From an uncultured Alphaproteobacteria bacterium (GTDB taxonomy: Bacteria > Pseudomonadota > Alphaproteobacteria > Acetobacterales > Acetobacteraceae): DNA of 64,000 nucleotides. Of this stretch, positions 19,309-29,901 are shown in pieces. The notes under the pieces were generated by a model. The model was not told where the DNA came from. It saw only the letters and a program-made list of their open reading frames with translations, and made no database searches. The stretch lies in contig CAWCXI010000027.1 of NCBI GenBank assembly GCA_963799415.1, positions 2,888 to 66,887 of the forward strand, written 5' to 3'. A program made the position numbers and the translations under genes. How positions within the stretch are numbered: position 1 is the first letter of the stretch; every line of letters starts with the position of its first letter.

Positions 19309-19503
19309 AAAACCTGTGCGCTGCCGTGCGACTTCATGGCGTCAGAGTTTGCGGGTCGATTCGTGGGATGTTGCAAGGGCAATCCATAAGTCACTGATAA
19401 CCCGCAAGAAACCGACCGCCAGGGCGGACCTTGGTCCACCAAGGCCGCGCCTGGTCCTCGACCCTTAGGCGATGGCGAGGATCGCCATACGTCCCCGGCC
19501 TCG

Positions 19504-20700
19504 TCACACCACCCCCTGTGAACGCAGTTTCTGCACTTCGTCAGCGGTAACGCCACACAGCGCATCGAGCACCTCCGCCGTGTGCTCGCCCAGCAACGGC
19601 GGCCGCGTCACCTCGGCTGGCGAATCCGACAGTTTCACCGGGCAACCGACCGTTTGGTATGTCCCGCGCGTCGGGTAGTCGACGTCCACGATCATGTCGC
19701 GTGCGTGCAGATGCGGGTCGGCGAGCACCTCGCCGGTGTCCAGAGTAGCGCCGCAGGGAACGCCGGCGTCGCCCATCAGCCGCATCACCTCGTGCTTGCT
19801 GCGCTGACGCGTCCAGGCCTCGACGAGCCCGTTCAGTGCTTCACGGTTCTCCCAGCGGCCGTCAGGGGTGACGAACCGCGGATCGTCGGCCAGTTCCGGC
19901 TGGCCCATCACGTTCAGCAACGCCTTCCACATCTGTGGCTGCGCGAATATATACACGTAGTCGTTCGGGCCGCCCGGCGCGCAGGCATAGGTGGTGCCTG
20001 GGACGGTGCGGCCGAGCTGGTTGCCGTTGCGTTGCATGGGATGGCCGGAGCGCTGATGGTCGCGCAGGCTGACGCGGATCAGGTTGACCACGGCGTCCTG
20101 CATCGACACCTCGACGTGCTGGCCCTTGCCGGTCTGATGCCGCTGCTGGAGCGCGGCCAGAATGCCGATCGCCATGTGCATGCCGGTGCCCGAGTCGCCG
20201 ATCGCGGGATAGATATAGGTGGGCGGGTTCTCGGGAAAGCCGGTGACGCTCATCGCGCCGCCCATCGCCTGCGCGATCGGTTCGAAGCTCTTGAAGCCGC
20301 TGTACGGACCATAGGTGCCGAAGCCCTTGATTGTCGCGTAGATCAGCCGCGGGTTCAGTTGCGACAGCTCCTTGTAGCCAAGTCCCAGCCGATCGAGCGC
20401 GCCGGGTCCGAAGTTCTCCAACAGAACGTCGGACTGCGCGATCACCTGTTTGAACAGCTTCTTTCCCTCGTCTGATTTCAGATTGAGCGTCAGGCTGCGC
20501 TTGTTGGCGTTCAGGATTAGAAAGAACAGGCTGTCGCTGTCGCTACGGTCTCGCATGTTGGTGCGGGCGACGTCGCCGCCCTTCGGCTCCTCCAGCTTGA
20601 TCACGTCAGCGCCGAGGAAACCCAGGATCTGCGCGCACGCAGGCCCCGCCTGATTGTGCGTCATGTCGATCACACGAATTCCGCTTAGAGCCAGTGCCAT
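19504..20700 (-). CDS. family III CoA-transferase (CaiB/BaiF; formyl-CoA-transferase-like)
   Basis: 398 aa from the ATG at 20700, with GGAGGAGG upstream. LSGIRVIDMTHNQAGPACAQILGFLGADVIKLE and the C-terminal RPPLLGEHT..QGVV closely resemble Frc-type enzymes as remembered. Confidence 0.8.
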   Translation of the reverse strand: MALALSGIRVIDMTHNQAGPACAQILGFLGADVIKLEEPKGGDVARTNMRDRSDSDSLFFLILNANKRSLTLNLKSDEGKKLFKQVIAQSDVLLENFGPGALDRLGLGYKELSQLNPRLIYATIKGFGTYGPYSGFKSFEPIAQAMGGAMSVTGFPENPPTYIYPAIGDSGTGMHMAIGILAALQQRHQTGKGQHVEVSMQDAVVNLIRVSLRDHQRSGHPMQRNGNQLGRTVPGTTYACAPGGPNDYVYIFAQPQMWKALLNVMGQPELADDPRFVTPDGRWENREALNGLVEAWTRQRSKHEVMRLMGDAGVPCGATLDTGEVLADPHLHARDMIVDVDYPTRGTYQTVGCPVKLSDSPAEVTRPPLLGEHTAEVLDALCGVTADEVQKLRSQGVV

Positions 20701-20837
20701 TTCATGCCTCCTCCGCCGCGTGCCGCTCCGGCCCGCATCTTGCCGAATGCCAGACAACCATGCCGGGCGCCATTGCGCATAGACTGGACGAGCTGGTGCG
20801 TCAGCGGTCCCCGAGATTGAAGGGACTGACCGGCTGC

Positions 20838-21260
20838 CTAAATGCGTTCGCCCGTGAACGTGTAGAGGCACGCCGACCCGTCGATCCGCCCCTCCATATG
20901 GCTGCCCTGAACCCGGCCGTAGATCGTCCCGACGATGACCTGACCAGAGAACGAGCCGTCCGCCGCGAAGGTTGCCGGAAGGGCTGGGGTCGGGTTGCCC
21001 GGGACGTCCGGATGCTGCACCGCGTAACTGAACTGGCCATTCGCCACCGTGACGACCTCCTGTCCGGGTGTGTCACACCAGACTGTGCCCTTGGTCGCCG
21101 GGGTGTCGATGCGTTGGATTGTAGTCCGGTAGGAGCCATCGAACGAAGTTACCGGCGGCGGCGGTGGCGGGTCGCTGCGTATCGGCCCCATCGGGCCAGC
21201 GCAGCCGCCGAAGATGAAGGCGAGAACCATGGCATGCGGACTTACCAAGCGCCGGCTCAT
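20838..21260 (-). CDS. small lipoprotein, function unknown
   Basis: Signal peptide with lipobox-like FIFGGC, followed by a Pro-rich linker. 140 aa. Confidence 0.55.
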   Translation of the reverse strand: MSRRLVSPHAMVLAFIFGGCAGPMGPIRSDPPPPPPVTSFDGSYRTTIQRIDTPATKGTVWCDTPGQEVVTVANGQFSYAVQHPDVPGNPTPALPATFAADGSFSGQVIVGTIYGRVQGSHMEGRIDGSACLYTFTGERI

Positions 21261-21493
21261 TGCACGTTCCCCTGATGATCCATCGCCCCGCCCTCCGCCA
21301 TTGCGTTGGCGTATACAATATGCCGACAGTCACGCATAAAGTCGATGCATTGCTGCGTCAGCGGTCGGGGATCACCAGCGAGGAACTGTGGCGAGGCTTG
21401 TCCAAAGCGAGCAGCTTGCACGGCAGGGCGATACTGGGCGACACGCCGAATTGTCTTATGGTCCGTCCTTGGCCGTAGAAGTCCATGCCGCTT

Positions 21494-22327
21494 CTACTGG
21501 GTGCGACCATACGACATCCTGGCCTCGATCTGCGTGAGCAGTTCGGTCAGGCCGACGCTCATGATGACCAGGACCAGAATGGCCGCATACGTGCCGGTCG
21601 CATCGAACACGCCGGAATAGTATTCGATCATGAAGCCGATGCCACTGTTCGAAGCGATCAGCTCGGCCAGCAGCGTGTTGGTGAAAGCATAGCGGACGGC
21701 GATCCGCATGCCGGTGAAGATCCAGGGCAATGTCGCCGGCACCAGGACCTTGCCGATCACCTCGAAACGCGTGGCACCCATTAGCGCCAGCGCACGCGTC
21801 AGGTCACGATCGACGTTGCGTACGCCGTCCAGCGTGCTGTTCAGCACCAGAAAGAACACGGTGATGGCGACCAGCGCCACCTTCGATTCGATGCCAATGC
21901 CCAGCACGATGACGAACAGCGGGGCAAGCGCGATCTTCGGCATCGCGTAGAGCGCCGCGATGTAAGGCGACAGCACACGGTAGAGGCGAGGCACCAGGCC
22001 GAACAGCAAGCCGAGTGCTATGCCTGCGCCGGTGCCGATGGCGTAGCCCAGCGACATCGCGAGCAGTGTCGCGCCGACGTTCTCCCATAGCGATCCGTCG
22101 AGGATCCAGCTCCACAGGCGCGCCACGATTTCCACCGGGCCGCTCATCCAGAAGCGCAGATCGGCGCTGGGCTGGTACTCCCATGCCGCCAGAATGATCA
22201 GTGCCAGGATCAGGCGGGCAACGGACCGGCCGGTGGTGGTCGAGAGGAAGCTCGATATGGATTGGTGGGAGGAGGGGGGCAGAGATACTGCGATGCCTCC
22301 TCCCCCCAGCCCTTTGGCAGCGCTCAT
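21494..22327 (-). CDS. ABC transporter permease (NitT/TauT family)
   Basis: Multi-TM protein. The ATG at 22327 overlaps the ATPase stop (ATGA). Confidence 0.8.
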   Translation of the reverse strand: MSAAKGLGGGGIAVSLPPSSHQSISSFLSTTTGRSVARLILALIILAAWEYQPSADLRFWMSGPVEIVARLWSWILDGSLWENVGATLLAMSLGYAIGTGAGIALGLLFGLVPRLYRVLSPYIAALYAMPKIALAPLFVIVLGIGIESKVALVAITVFFLVLNSTLDGVRNVDRDLTRALALMGATRFEVIGKVLVPATLPWIFTGMRIAVRYAFTNTLLAELIASNSGIGFMIEYYSGVFDATGTYAAILVLVIMSVGLTELLTQIEARMSYGRTQ

Positions 22328-23127
22328 ACGTCGGTTCCCCGCGTGACCTCGTCCTTCAGTTCGTCCCACAGCGCCTCGTGCAGATGGGAAAATGCTTCGG
22401 TGAAGCGGATGCGGAACACGTCGCGTGGTCGCGGCATTTCTACCGTGCGGATGGTGCGGATGCGGCCGGGGCGCGCGCTGAACACGACCACCCGGTCAGC
22501 CAGGGTGATCGCCTCGCCTAGGTCGTGCGTGACGAACACGACCGTCATTTGGCGCTGTCGCGTCAGCTCCTGCAACTGGTCGAGCATCAGCAGCTTGAGC
22601 TGTGCATCCAGCGCGCCGAAGGGTTCGTCCATCAGCAGCGTCTCGGGTTCGTAGATCAGCGTGCGCGCCAATGAGACGCGCTTGCGCATGCCGCCCGACA
22701 ACTCGGCAGGATAGTGGCGCTCGAAGCCGGACAGTCCCACCAGCCCGATCATCTGTGCCACGCGGGCATTCGCCTCGGCGCGCGGCACCGCGCGACATTT
22801 CAGCTCCAGCGCGATGCGGATGTTGTCGGCCGCGGTGCGCCACGGCAGCAGCGTGTCCTTCTGCGTCATGTAGCCGACGGCGCGATTGAGCCCGCCGATC
22901 GCGATGCCGTCATACGACACCACGCCGCTGTTCGGCTGCAGCAGACCGGCGATCAGGTTGAGGATGGTCGATTTGCCGCAGCCGCTGGGACCGACCAGTG
23001 CCACGAACTCGTGGTCGTGGATCGTGAGGTCGATGGGCTGAAGTGCCTCCACCTCGCGGTCGCGCGTGACGAACGTCTTGCCGACGCCGGCGAGGCTGAT
23101 CTTCGGCGCCAGGTCACCCCTCGGCAT
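22324..23127 (-). CDS. ABC transporter ATP-binding protein (NitT/TauT family)
   Basis: GPSGCGKST Walker A, LSGGMRKR signature and LLMDEPF Walker B. Start at 23127. Confidence 0.9.
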   Translation of the reverse strand: MPRGDLAPKISLAGVGKTFVTRDREVEALQPIDLTIHDHEFVALVGPSGCGKSTILNLIAGLLQPNSGVVSYDGIAIGGLNRAVGYMTQKDTLLPWRTAADNIRIALELKCRAVPRAEANARVAQMIGLVGLSGFERHYPAELSGGMRKRVSLARTLIYEPETLLMDEPFGALDAQLKLLMLDQLQELTRQRQMTVVFVTHDLGEAITLADRVVVFSARPGRIRTIRTVEMPRPRDVFRIRFTEAFSHLHEALWDELKDEVTRGTDV

Positions 23128-23872
23128 GACGCCACCGCAGCATGCGCCGTTCGCCCCAGGTGGCGATCTCGGAGACCGCAAGACCAAGCAGCATCAGGAT
23201 GAAGAGCGCCGAATAGAGCGACGTCATGTCGAACTGCGACGCCGCATCGCTGAGCCGAAATCCCAAGCCACGCCGCGCGGCAAGCATCTCGCCGGTGGTG
23301 GCAGCGACCAACGTGTACGGCAGCGCGGTCTTGATGCCGCCGATGATCCATGCCGTGGAGGCAGGTGCTACAACCTTCTGGAAGATCTCTCGCCGTGTGG
23401 AGCCCATCAACTGCACCTGCGCGATCAACTCGCGATCCACCGACGACGCGCCCGCAAACGTGTTGAAGAACAGCAGGAAGAACACGACGATCGTCACCAG
23501 CACGATCTTCGGCAGCATGTCGAGGCCGAAGAACATGATGAACAGCGGCGCGAGTGCGACCAGCGGCACGCTGTAGAACGCCACCACGATCGGCCGCAGA
23601 ATGCCCGCTGTGATTGGCGAGCGACCGAGCAGCAGGCCGGCGAGAACGCCAAGCAGCGATCCTGCCACCAGTCCGGTGACGACCTCGGTCAGTGTCGTCG
23701 CTATGTCGGGGTAGATGCTGCCTTGCAGCCACACCGCGAGCTTCGCCGCGATCAGGCTTGGTCTGCTGGTCCATGTGCCGCCTGAGACACGCCCGACGAA
23801 TTCCCAGCCGGCGAGCAGCAGAACTCCCACCGCGATCTGCCACAGGATGATCGGGTCGAAGCGTCGCGTCAT
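23114..23872 (-). CDS. ABC transporter permease (NitT/TauT family), second copy
   Basis: Paralogous to 21494..22327. Start at 23872, immediately after the solute-binding-protein stop. Confidence 0.8.
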   Translation of the reverse strand: MTRRFDPIILWQIAVGVLLLAGWEFVGRVSGGTWTSRPSLIAAKLAVWLQGSIYPDIATTLTEVVTGLVAGSLLGVLAGLLLGRSPITAGILRPIVVAFYSVPLVALAPLFIMFFGLDMLPKIVLVTIVVFFLLFFNTFAGASSVDRELIAQVQLMGSTRREIFQKVVAPASTAWIIGGIKTALPYTLVAATTGEMLAARRGLGFRLSDAASQFDMTSLYSALFILMLLGLAVSEIATWGERRMLRWRHAEG

Positions 23873-23873
23873 G

Positions 23874-24906
23874 CTACTTGCCCAGGATGTCCTTCGCGGC
23901 CTCGCGCGACAGGTCGGGATACACGACCTGATCATAGGTGGCGGAGATCGGCGTCTTCTCGGTCAGGTTCACCATCTTCACCGTGTTGTCCACCTGCGCC
24001 TGCGAGATTACCGGCGTGGTCGGCACTGCCTTGATGTAGGTGTCGAACGCGGTGTTGAACTCGGCCTCCGGCGTGTCCTGGAAGAACGGGCGAACGGCGC
24101 GACGCGAGCCTTCGACATCCTCATGCGCGAACTGCATCGCCCGGGTCAGCGCGCGCACGACATGCAGCAGCAGCGGGCGCTTCGACGCGAGCGTGGCGCG
24201 GCTGGTGGTGATCACCTGATACGGCACGTCGCGATACTCGGGCAGATCGCCGGTGATCGGATCGGCGACGATCTGGCCGATGCCTTTGCTCACCGCGATG
24301 TTGGTGAACGGCGACATGAAGGCGAAACCGTCGGTGCTGCCCGCCTGCATCGCGGCGACCATCGGCGCGCCGATGCCGATCGGCTGGAGTTGCACGTCGC
24401 GCGACGGATCCATGCCGCGCACCAGCATGATGGTGCGCATGAACTCGTCGGTGCTGGAGCCGGGTGAGGTGATGCCGATGCGCACGCCCTTCACGTGCTT
24501 GATCTTCTCGTCCAACGACATGGTGTCGGTGATGCCGAGGCGCTTGATCGCGTCGTTGGAGAGCACCAGAGCGATCGGATAGGCGTCGAACGCTGTTGCA
24601 ATGCCGACAAGCTGCACCGCCGCGGCCGACGGCGTGCATGGTATGGGCAAAGCCGACCTGGGTGATCTCGGCACTGCCGCCCATCACGGCGGCGGCCTGG
24701 CGGGTGCCGGACGAGACGTCGACCGACTCGGGTTCCAGGCCTTCCTGCTTGTAGAAGCCGGCGCCGATGGCGATGTACTGGATCAGAAACGACATGCCCT
24801 TGCCGGCGAAGGCGATGGTCAACTTCTGCAGGTCCTCGGCTGCGGCCGGGCGCGCGGCAGCGAGCGCCAGCAGAAGCGCGGCCAACCGGATGATACGGCC
24901 CAGCAT
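23874..24906 (-). pseudogene. NMT1/THI5-like ABC substrate-binding protein, one frame disruption
   Basis: N-terminus with signal peptide MLGRIIRLAALLLALAAARPAAA (ATG 24906, GGGAGGAGG upstream) lies in the frame of ORF 24121..25023. The remainder (VQLVGIATAFDAYPIALV...) lies in ORF 23874..24674. The switch is at about 24612-24622. Confidence 0.75.
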
Positions 24907-25163
24907 CGCCTCCTCCCTGTTTGTGCTTTCCGCCAGAGTAGTCGACCCGACAGGGTTGCAGCCATCGGCGCTGCCGTCGCTATGGTGCCGCCGGTGCAAC
25001 ATCCAACCAGGGAGGGGCTGCATGAGCGCTTACAATCAGCATCATCCGCGCGGCCCTCGATGCCCTGCGACCTATCGTCGCAGGGCTGGCCAGCGACCTG
25101 AACTGACGCTCGGCCGGCTCTGAACGCCGTTTTCCGCGTTTAATCGAGCCAAGAGACACCATC

Positions 25164-26671
25164 ATGCCTACGATCAGTCTGCGCGATGTCGGCGTGCTGT
25201 CGCCGCATCCCTTGTTCCAGAACCTCACGCTGACGATCGGCGATGCCGATCGTGTCGGCCTGATCGCCGGCAACGGCGGCGGCAAGACGACACTGCTGAA
25301 ATGCCTGACGGGTCTCATCGAGCCGACGACAGGCGATATCATCCGCTCGCGCGGTATGCGGGTGGGCTACGTCGAGCAGGACGTGCCGGCGAACCTGTTG
25401 AACCTGTCGCTGTCCGAGGCGATTCGCCGCGCTTTGCCTGCGGCCGAGCGAGACAGTGAGGCATGGCGTGTCGATGTCGTGCTCGACGAGTTTGGCGCGA
25501 CGTCCGATCTGCACGACCGTCCGTTGCATGCGCTGAGCGGCGGCTGGCAGCGTCTGGCGCTGATCGCGCGGACCTGGGTTACCGAGCCGGATGCACTGCT
25601 GCTCGACGAGGCAACCAATCATCTGGATCTCGCGAAGATCCAGATGCTGGAATCTGGTTGGCGACATGCCGCGTGCCGATGGTGATCGCCAGCCATGACC
25701 GGCGCTTTCTCGATGCCTGCACGAACCGGACACTGTTCCTGCGGCCCGGTGTGTCGCGTCTCTACTCGCATCCTTACACTCGTGCGCGCGAGCTGCTGGC
25801 CGCGGATGATGCGGCGCAGGAGGCGAAGCTGGCGAAGGAAACGCGCGAGGTCGATCGCCTGCGCCGCAACGCCAATGAGCTGAAGAATGTCGGCATCAAC
25901 AGCGGCAGCGATCTGCTGCTGAAGAAGTCGAAGCAACTGCGCGAACGCGCCGCGGCGCTGGAGCAGACCTTTGCGTCCGCGCACACCGAACGATCGGGCG
26001 ACATACGCCTCGCGAACCGCGGCACGCATGCGAAGCTGCTGCTGGCGCTGCATGGTGTCGATGTATGTGCTCCGGATGGGCGGATGCTGTTCCGCATCGG
26101 CAAGCTGGACGTGTTCCAGCAGGATCGCATCGCGGTGCTCGGCCGCAACGGCGTGGGCAAGTCGCAACTGGTGCGGCTGTTGCGTCAGGCGATGACGGGC
26201 GACGATGTGCCGGGTGTCCGTGCCAGCCCGTCGATCGTGTTGGGCTATGTGGATCAGCTCATGTCGCATCTGCCGGATGCGATGACGCCGCATGACTTTA
26301 TCAGCGGCACCTTCAGACCCGGCGATCAGCGCAGCGTCAGTCTGCTGGCGGGAGCCGGCTTCAACGTGGACATGCAGCGGCGCGCGATTGCCCGTCTGTC
26401 GCCGGGGCAGAAGGCGCGGCTCGGACTGCTGGCGCTGCGTCTGACCGAGCCCAACTTCTACCTGATGGACGAGCCGACCAATCATGTGGACATCGCCGGT
26501 CAGGAGCGGCTGGAAGCGGAGATTCTCGCGCACGAGGCGACCTGTGTGATCGTTTCGCATGACCGTGCTTTCGTGCGGGCGATCGCGACGCGGTTCCTGC
26601 TGATCGATGGCGGCAAGATTGCGGAGATCGATGCGCCGGAACCGTTCTATCGGACGCTGACGGCGGGGTGA
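25164..26671 (+). pseudogene. ABC-F type tandem-ATPase protein, one frame disruption
   Basis: Two ABC cassettes (GNGGGKTT/LSGGWQ and GRNGVGKSQ/LSPGQKAR). The frame switches at about 25650-25655 (HLDLAKIQMLE / IWLATCRVPMVIASHDRRFLD). Confidence 0.8.
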
Positions 26672-26734
26672 GCTGGACTCGCGCCGGTCGCGGACAGCCT
26701 GTACGATCCGCGCAACAAGCACGGGAGGAACGCC

Positions 26735-27886
26735 ATGAAGCTGAGCACCGATCGCATCCTGACGACGCATGTCGGCAGCCTGCCGCGGCCACAGGTGCTG
26801 GTCGATCTGCTGGTGAAGAAGGATCAGGACCAGCCGTACGATCATGCGGCATTCGACCGCGAGGTGACCAAGGCCGTCGCCGACATCGTCGCGCATCAGG
26901 TCGCGATCGGCATCGATGTGGTGAGCGACGGCGAGGCCAGCAAGGTCGGCTACGCCACCTACATCAAGGAACGCCTGACCGGCTTTGGCGGTGAGCCGTT
27001 CGTGCCGAAGCCGCAGCGCGATCTGGCGGACTACCCGGAATTCCGCAACCGCATGATCCAGTTCACCGGCCCGCAGGTATTTCGCCGGCTGTGCTGCATC
27101 AGCGACATCCAGCTCAGCGATCATGAGGCGGTGAAGCAGGACATCGCCAACTTCAAGGCGGCGATCGCTGCGTCCAAGCCGGTCGATGCGTTCATGCCGG
27201 CGGCCTCGCCTGGCGTTGTGTCGGCGTTCCAGCCGAACCGGCATTATCCGAACCATGCGGCCTATATCGGTGCGGTGGCCGATGCGATGCGCGAGGAGTA
27301 CGAGGCGATCGCCAATGCGGGCATCGTGGTGCAGCTCGACAGTCCCGATCTGGCGATGGCGCGGCACACTGGGTTCCAGGATCTGTCCGAGACGGAGTTC
27401 CTGAAGCAGGCGGAAGAGCAGGTCGAGGCGGTGAACCATGCGCTGGCCAATGTGCCGGCAAGTTCTGCACGACTTCATCTGTGCTGGGGCAACTATGAGG
27501 GCCCGCACGATTTCGATATTCCGATGCAGAAGGTGCTGCCGATCATCCTGAAGGCGAAACCGCAGGCGATCTCGTTCGAAGCGGCCAATCCGCGCCATGC
27601 GCATGAATGGGCGGTGTGGCGCGATGTGAAGGTACCGGACGACAAGGTGCTGATCCCCGGCGTCATCGACACCTGCACCAACTACATCGAGCATCCGGAG
27701 CTGGTCGCCCAGCGCATCTGCCAGTACGCGGATATCGTCGGCCGCGAGCGGGTGCTCGCTGGTACCGATTGCGGCTTCGCCACTTTCGTTGGTCACGCGG
27801 GGCGGGTTGATCCGGAGATTGCCTACCGCAAGCTCGGGGCCTTGGTCGAAGGTGCCAGGCTGGCCTCGGCGAAACTGTGGCACTGA
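26735..27886 (+). CDS. cobalamin-independent methionine synthase-like (MetE C-terminal domain family) protein, copy 1
   Basis: 383 aa. MKLSTDRILTTHVGSLPRP, HLCWGNYEGPH and GTDCGF are typical of this family. Confidence 0.7.
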   Translation: MKLSTDRILTTHVGSLPRPQVLVDLLVKKDQDQPYDHAAFDREVTKAVADIVAHQVAIGIDVVSDGEASKVGYATYIKERLTGFGGEPFVPKPQRDLADYPEFRNRMIQFTGPQVFRRLCCISDIQLSDHEAVKQDIANFKAAIAASKPVDAFMPAASPGVVSAFQPNRHYPNHAAYIGAVADAMREEYEAIANAGIVVQLDSPDLAMARHTGFQDLSETEFLKQAEEQVEAVNHALANVPASSARLHLCWGNYEGPHDFDIPMQKVLPIILKAKPQAISFEAANPRHAHEWAVWRDVKVPDDKVLIPGVIDTCTNYIEHPELVAQRICQYADIVGRERVLAGTDCGFATFVGHAGRVDPEIAYRKLGALVEGARLASAKLWH

Positions 27887-27896
27887 GGAGCGCACC

Positions 27897-29048
27897 ATGA
27901 AGCTCAGCACAGACCGCATCCTGACGACGCATGTTGGCAGCCTGCCGCGGCCGCAGCCACTGGTGGAGCTGCTGATCAAGAAGGATCGCAACGAGCCCTA
28001 CGACGCTGCCGAGTTCGCCGCACTGGTGCGGCAGGCGGTGGCCGACATCGTGGCGCGCCAGGTGGCGATCGGCATCGATGTCGTCAGCGACGGCGAGACG
28101 AGCAAGGTCGGCTATGCGACCTATGTGCACGAGCGCCTGACCGGGTTCGGAGGCGAACCGTATGTGCCGAAGCCGAACCGCGACGTCGCACCGTATGCGG
28201 ACTTCCGCCGGCGGCTGGAACAGTTCATCGGACCGCAGCAGATCCGTCGGCTGTGCTGCATCGGGCCGATCGCGCGGCAGGATCATGAGTCCGCGATGCG
28301 TGACATCGACAACTTCAAGGCGGCGATCGCCGCGTCGAAGCCGGTGGACGCATTCATGCCGGCGGCGTCGCCCGGTGTGGTGTCGACGTTCCAGCCCAAT
28401 CGGCACTATCCGAATCACGCTGCTTATATCAACGCGATCGCCGCTGCGATGCAGGAGGAATACGAGGCCATCGCCAAGGCCGGCATCGTGGTGCAGCTCG
28501 ACAGCCCGGATCTGGCGATGGCGCGGCACACCGGCTTTCAGGATCTGTCAGAGGCGGAGTTCCTGAAGCAGGCGGAGCAGCAGGTGGAGGCGCTGAACCA
28601 CGCGCTCGCGAACGTGCCGGCCAGTTCGGCGCGGTTGCATCTGTGCTGGGGCAACTACGAGGGGCCGCACGACTTCGACATTCCGCTGGCGAAGATGCTG
28701 CCGATCATCCTGAAGGCGAAGCCGCAGGCGATCTCGTTCGAGGCGGCGAACCCGCGGCACGAGCATGAGTGGACGGTGTGGCGGGAGACGAAGCTGCCGG
28801 ACGACAAGGTGCTGATCCCGGGTGTGATCGACACCTGCACGAACTATATCGAGCATCCGGAACTGGTGGCTCAGCGGATCTGCCGCTTCGCCGATGTTGT
28901 GGGACGTGAGCGGGTGATGGCGGGGACGGATTGTGGGTTCGCGACTTCGGTGGGGACCGCCGGACGGGTGGATCGGGAGATCGCGTTCCGCAAGCTGGGT
29001 TCGCTGGTCGAGGGCGCGCAGATTGCGTCGAAGCGTTTGTGGGGGTGA
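27897..29048 (+). CDS. MetE-like protein, copy 2 (tandem paralog)
   Basis: 383 aa from the ATG at 27897, with GAGGAG upstream. About 80% identical to copy 1 by eye. Confidence 0.7.
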   Translation: MKLSTDRILTTHVGSLPRPQPLVELLIKKDRNEPYDAAEFAALVRQAVADIVARQVAIGIDVVSDGETSKVGYATYVHERLTGFGGEPYVPKPNRDVAPYADFRRRLEQFIGPQQIRRLCCIGPIARQDHESAMRDIDNFKAAIAASKPVDAFMPAASPGVVSTFQPNRHYPNHAAYINAIAAAMQEEYEAIAKAGIVVQLDSPDLAMARHTGFQDLSEAEFLKQAEQQVEALNHALANVPASSARLHLCWGNYEGPHDFDIPLAKMLPIILKAKPQAISFEAANPRHEHEWTVWRETKLPDDKVLIPGVIDTCTNYIEHPELVAQRICRFADVVGRERVMAGTDCGFATSVGTAGRVDREIAFRKLGSLVEGAQIASKRLWG

Positions 29049-29054
29049 GGCTTT

Positions 29055-29088
29055 CCCCTCCCCCTGCCCCCTCCTGCAAGGGGAGGGG
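29055..29088. repeat. GC-rich palindromic unit CCCCTCCCC ... GGGGAGGGG
   Basis: Arms at 29055-29063 and 29080-29088, directly after the MetE-like copy 2 stop. Confidence 0.6.
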
Positions 29089-29105
29089 AAAAGTGGTGGT
29101 GGCTG

Positions 29106-29846
29106 ATGGCGGACAAACCCAACTTCGTGATGGTGCCTGATCCTGAGCCGGAGACGGAGGAGGCGCCGCCGAGGGCGCCATCGCTGTTCGAGCATATTCG
29201 CGCGCTGCTGCCGTTCGGTTCCTCACAGGTTCCAGCCACTACGCCGACCCGGCCGCGTCTGATCTTCGGGTTTGACGCCACGGCGTCGCGGGAGCCGGCG
29301 TGGGCGACGGCGCGCACGGTGACCGACGCGCTGGTGAAGGCGTTGCCGGGTGAGCTCGATGTGGCGCTGGCGGTGCATGGCGGGTCGATGCTGCACACGT
29401 TCACCGAGTTCACCGCCGATCCCAACAGGCTGCGCGATCGTGCCGCCGGTATTCGCTGCCTGGCCGGGATGACGCGGCTGCTGCCGATCCTGTCGCGTGC
29501 TTTGTCCAATCCTGGCGTGCGGGTGGTCACCTATATCGGCGACGTGTTCGAGGAGTTGCCGGTGCGCGGCCGGAAGCTGGCCGATGCGATGGGGCTGAAG
29601 GGCATCAAGCTGATCGTGCTGCACGACACCGCGGACTGGAATGCGCGGCGCGATGCCGAGGTGTTCCTGGATCTGGCACGCAGGACCGGTGGGTGCGTGC
29701 TGCCGTTCGACGTCAACGCGCCGGCACGGTTGCGCGACCTGCTGGCGGCGGTCGCGGTTTATGCGGTGGGCGGGACGGAGATGCTGGAGGCGAAGAGCGG
29801 CGAAATGCCGGGGGCGGTGCTGCTGTTGGAGCATCTGCGGAGGTAA
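29106..29846 (+). CDS. vWA-like domain protein
   Basis: 246 aa with an acidic Pro-rich N-terminus. LIFGFDATASREPAW fits a MIDAS-like DxTxS start of a von Willebrand A fold. Assignment is tentative. Confidence 0.45.
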   Translation: MADKPNFVMVPDPEPETEEAPPRAPSLFEHIRALLPFGSSQVPATTPTRPRLIFGFDATASREPAWATARTVTDALVKALPGELDVALAVHGGSMLHTFTEFTADPNRLRDRAAGIRCLAGMTRLLPILSRALSNPGVRVVTYIGDVFEELPVRGRKLADAMGLKGIKLIVLHDTADWNARRDAEVFLDLARRTGGCVLPFDVNAPARLRDLLAAVAVYAVGGTEMLEAKSGEMPGAVLLLEHLRR

Positions 29847-29876
29847 TCGTGATACCCCCTCCCCGACCCTCCCCCG

Positions 29877-29901
29877 CTGCGCGGGAGAGGGAGATCTAGG
29901 C
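29877..29901. terminator. GC-rich hairpin between convergent vWA and typA genes (same CCCTCCC repeat family)
   Basis: CCCTCCCCCGC TGC GCGGGAGAGGG, a 10-11 bp stem with one mismatch. No clear T-run. Confidence 0.4.

Noticed and set aside
24907-25163. Looked for a TPP riboswitch upstream of the NMT1/THI5-like binding protein gene
   Set aside because: The minus-strand leader lacks the CUGAGA and ACCUGAUCUGGAUAAUGCCAGCG-type core elements.
25619-27991. 790-aa minus-strand ORF, plus similar long antisense ORFs (19582..20475, 13678..14517, 40380..41255, 46069..46716, 52993..53622)
   Set aside because: These are shadow ORFs antisense to clearly recognisable genes, with Arg/Ala/His-rich nonsense composition typical of high-GC DNA.
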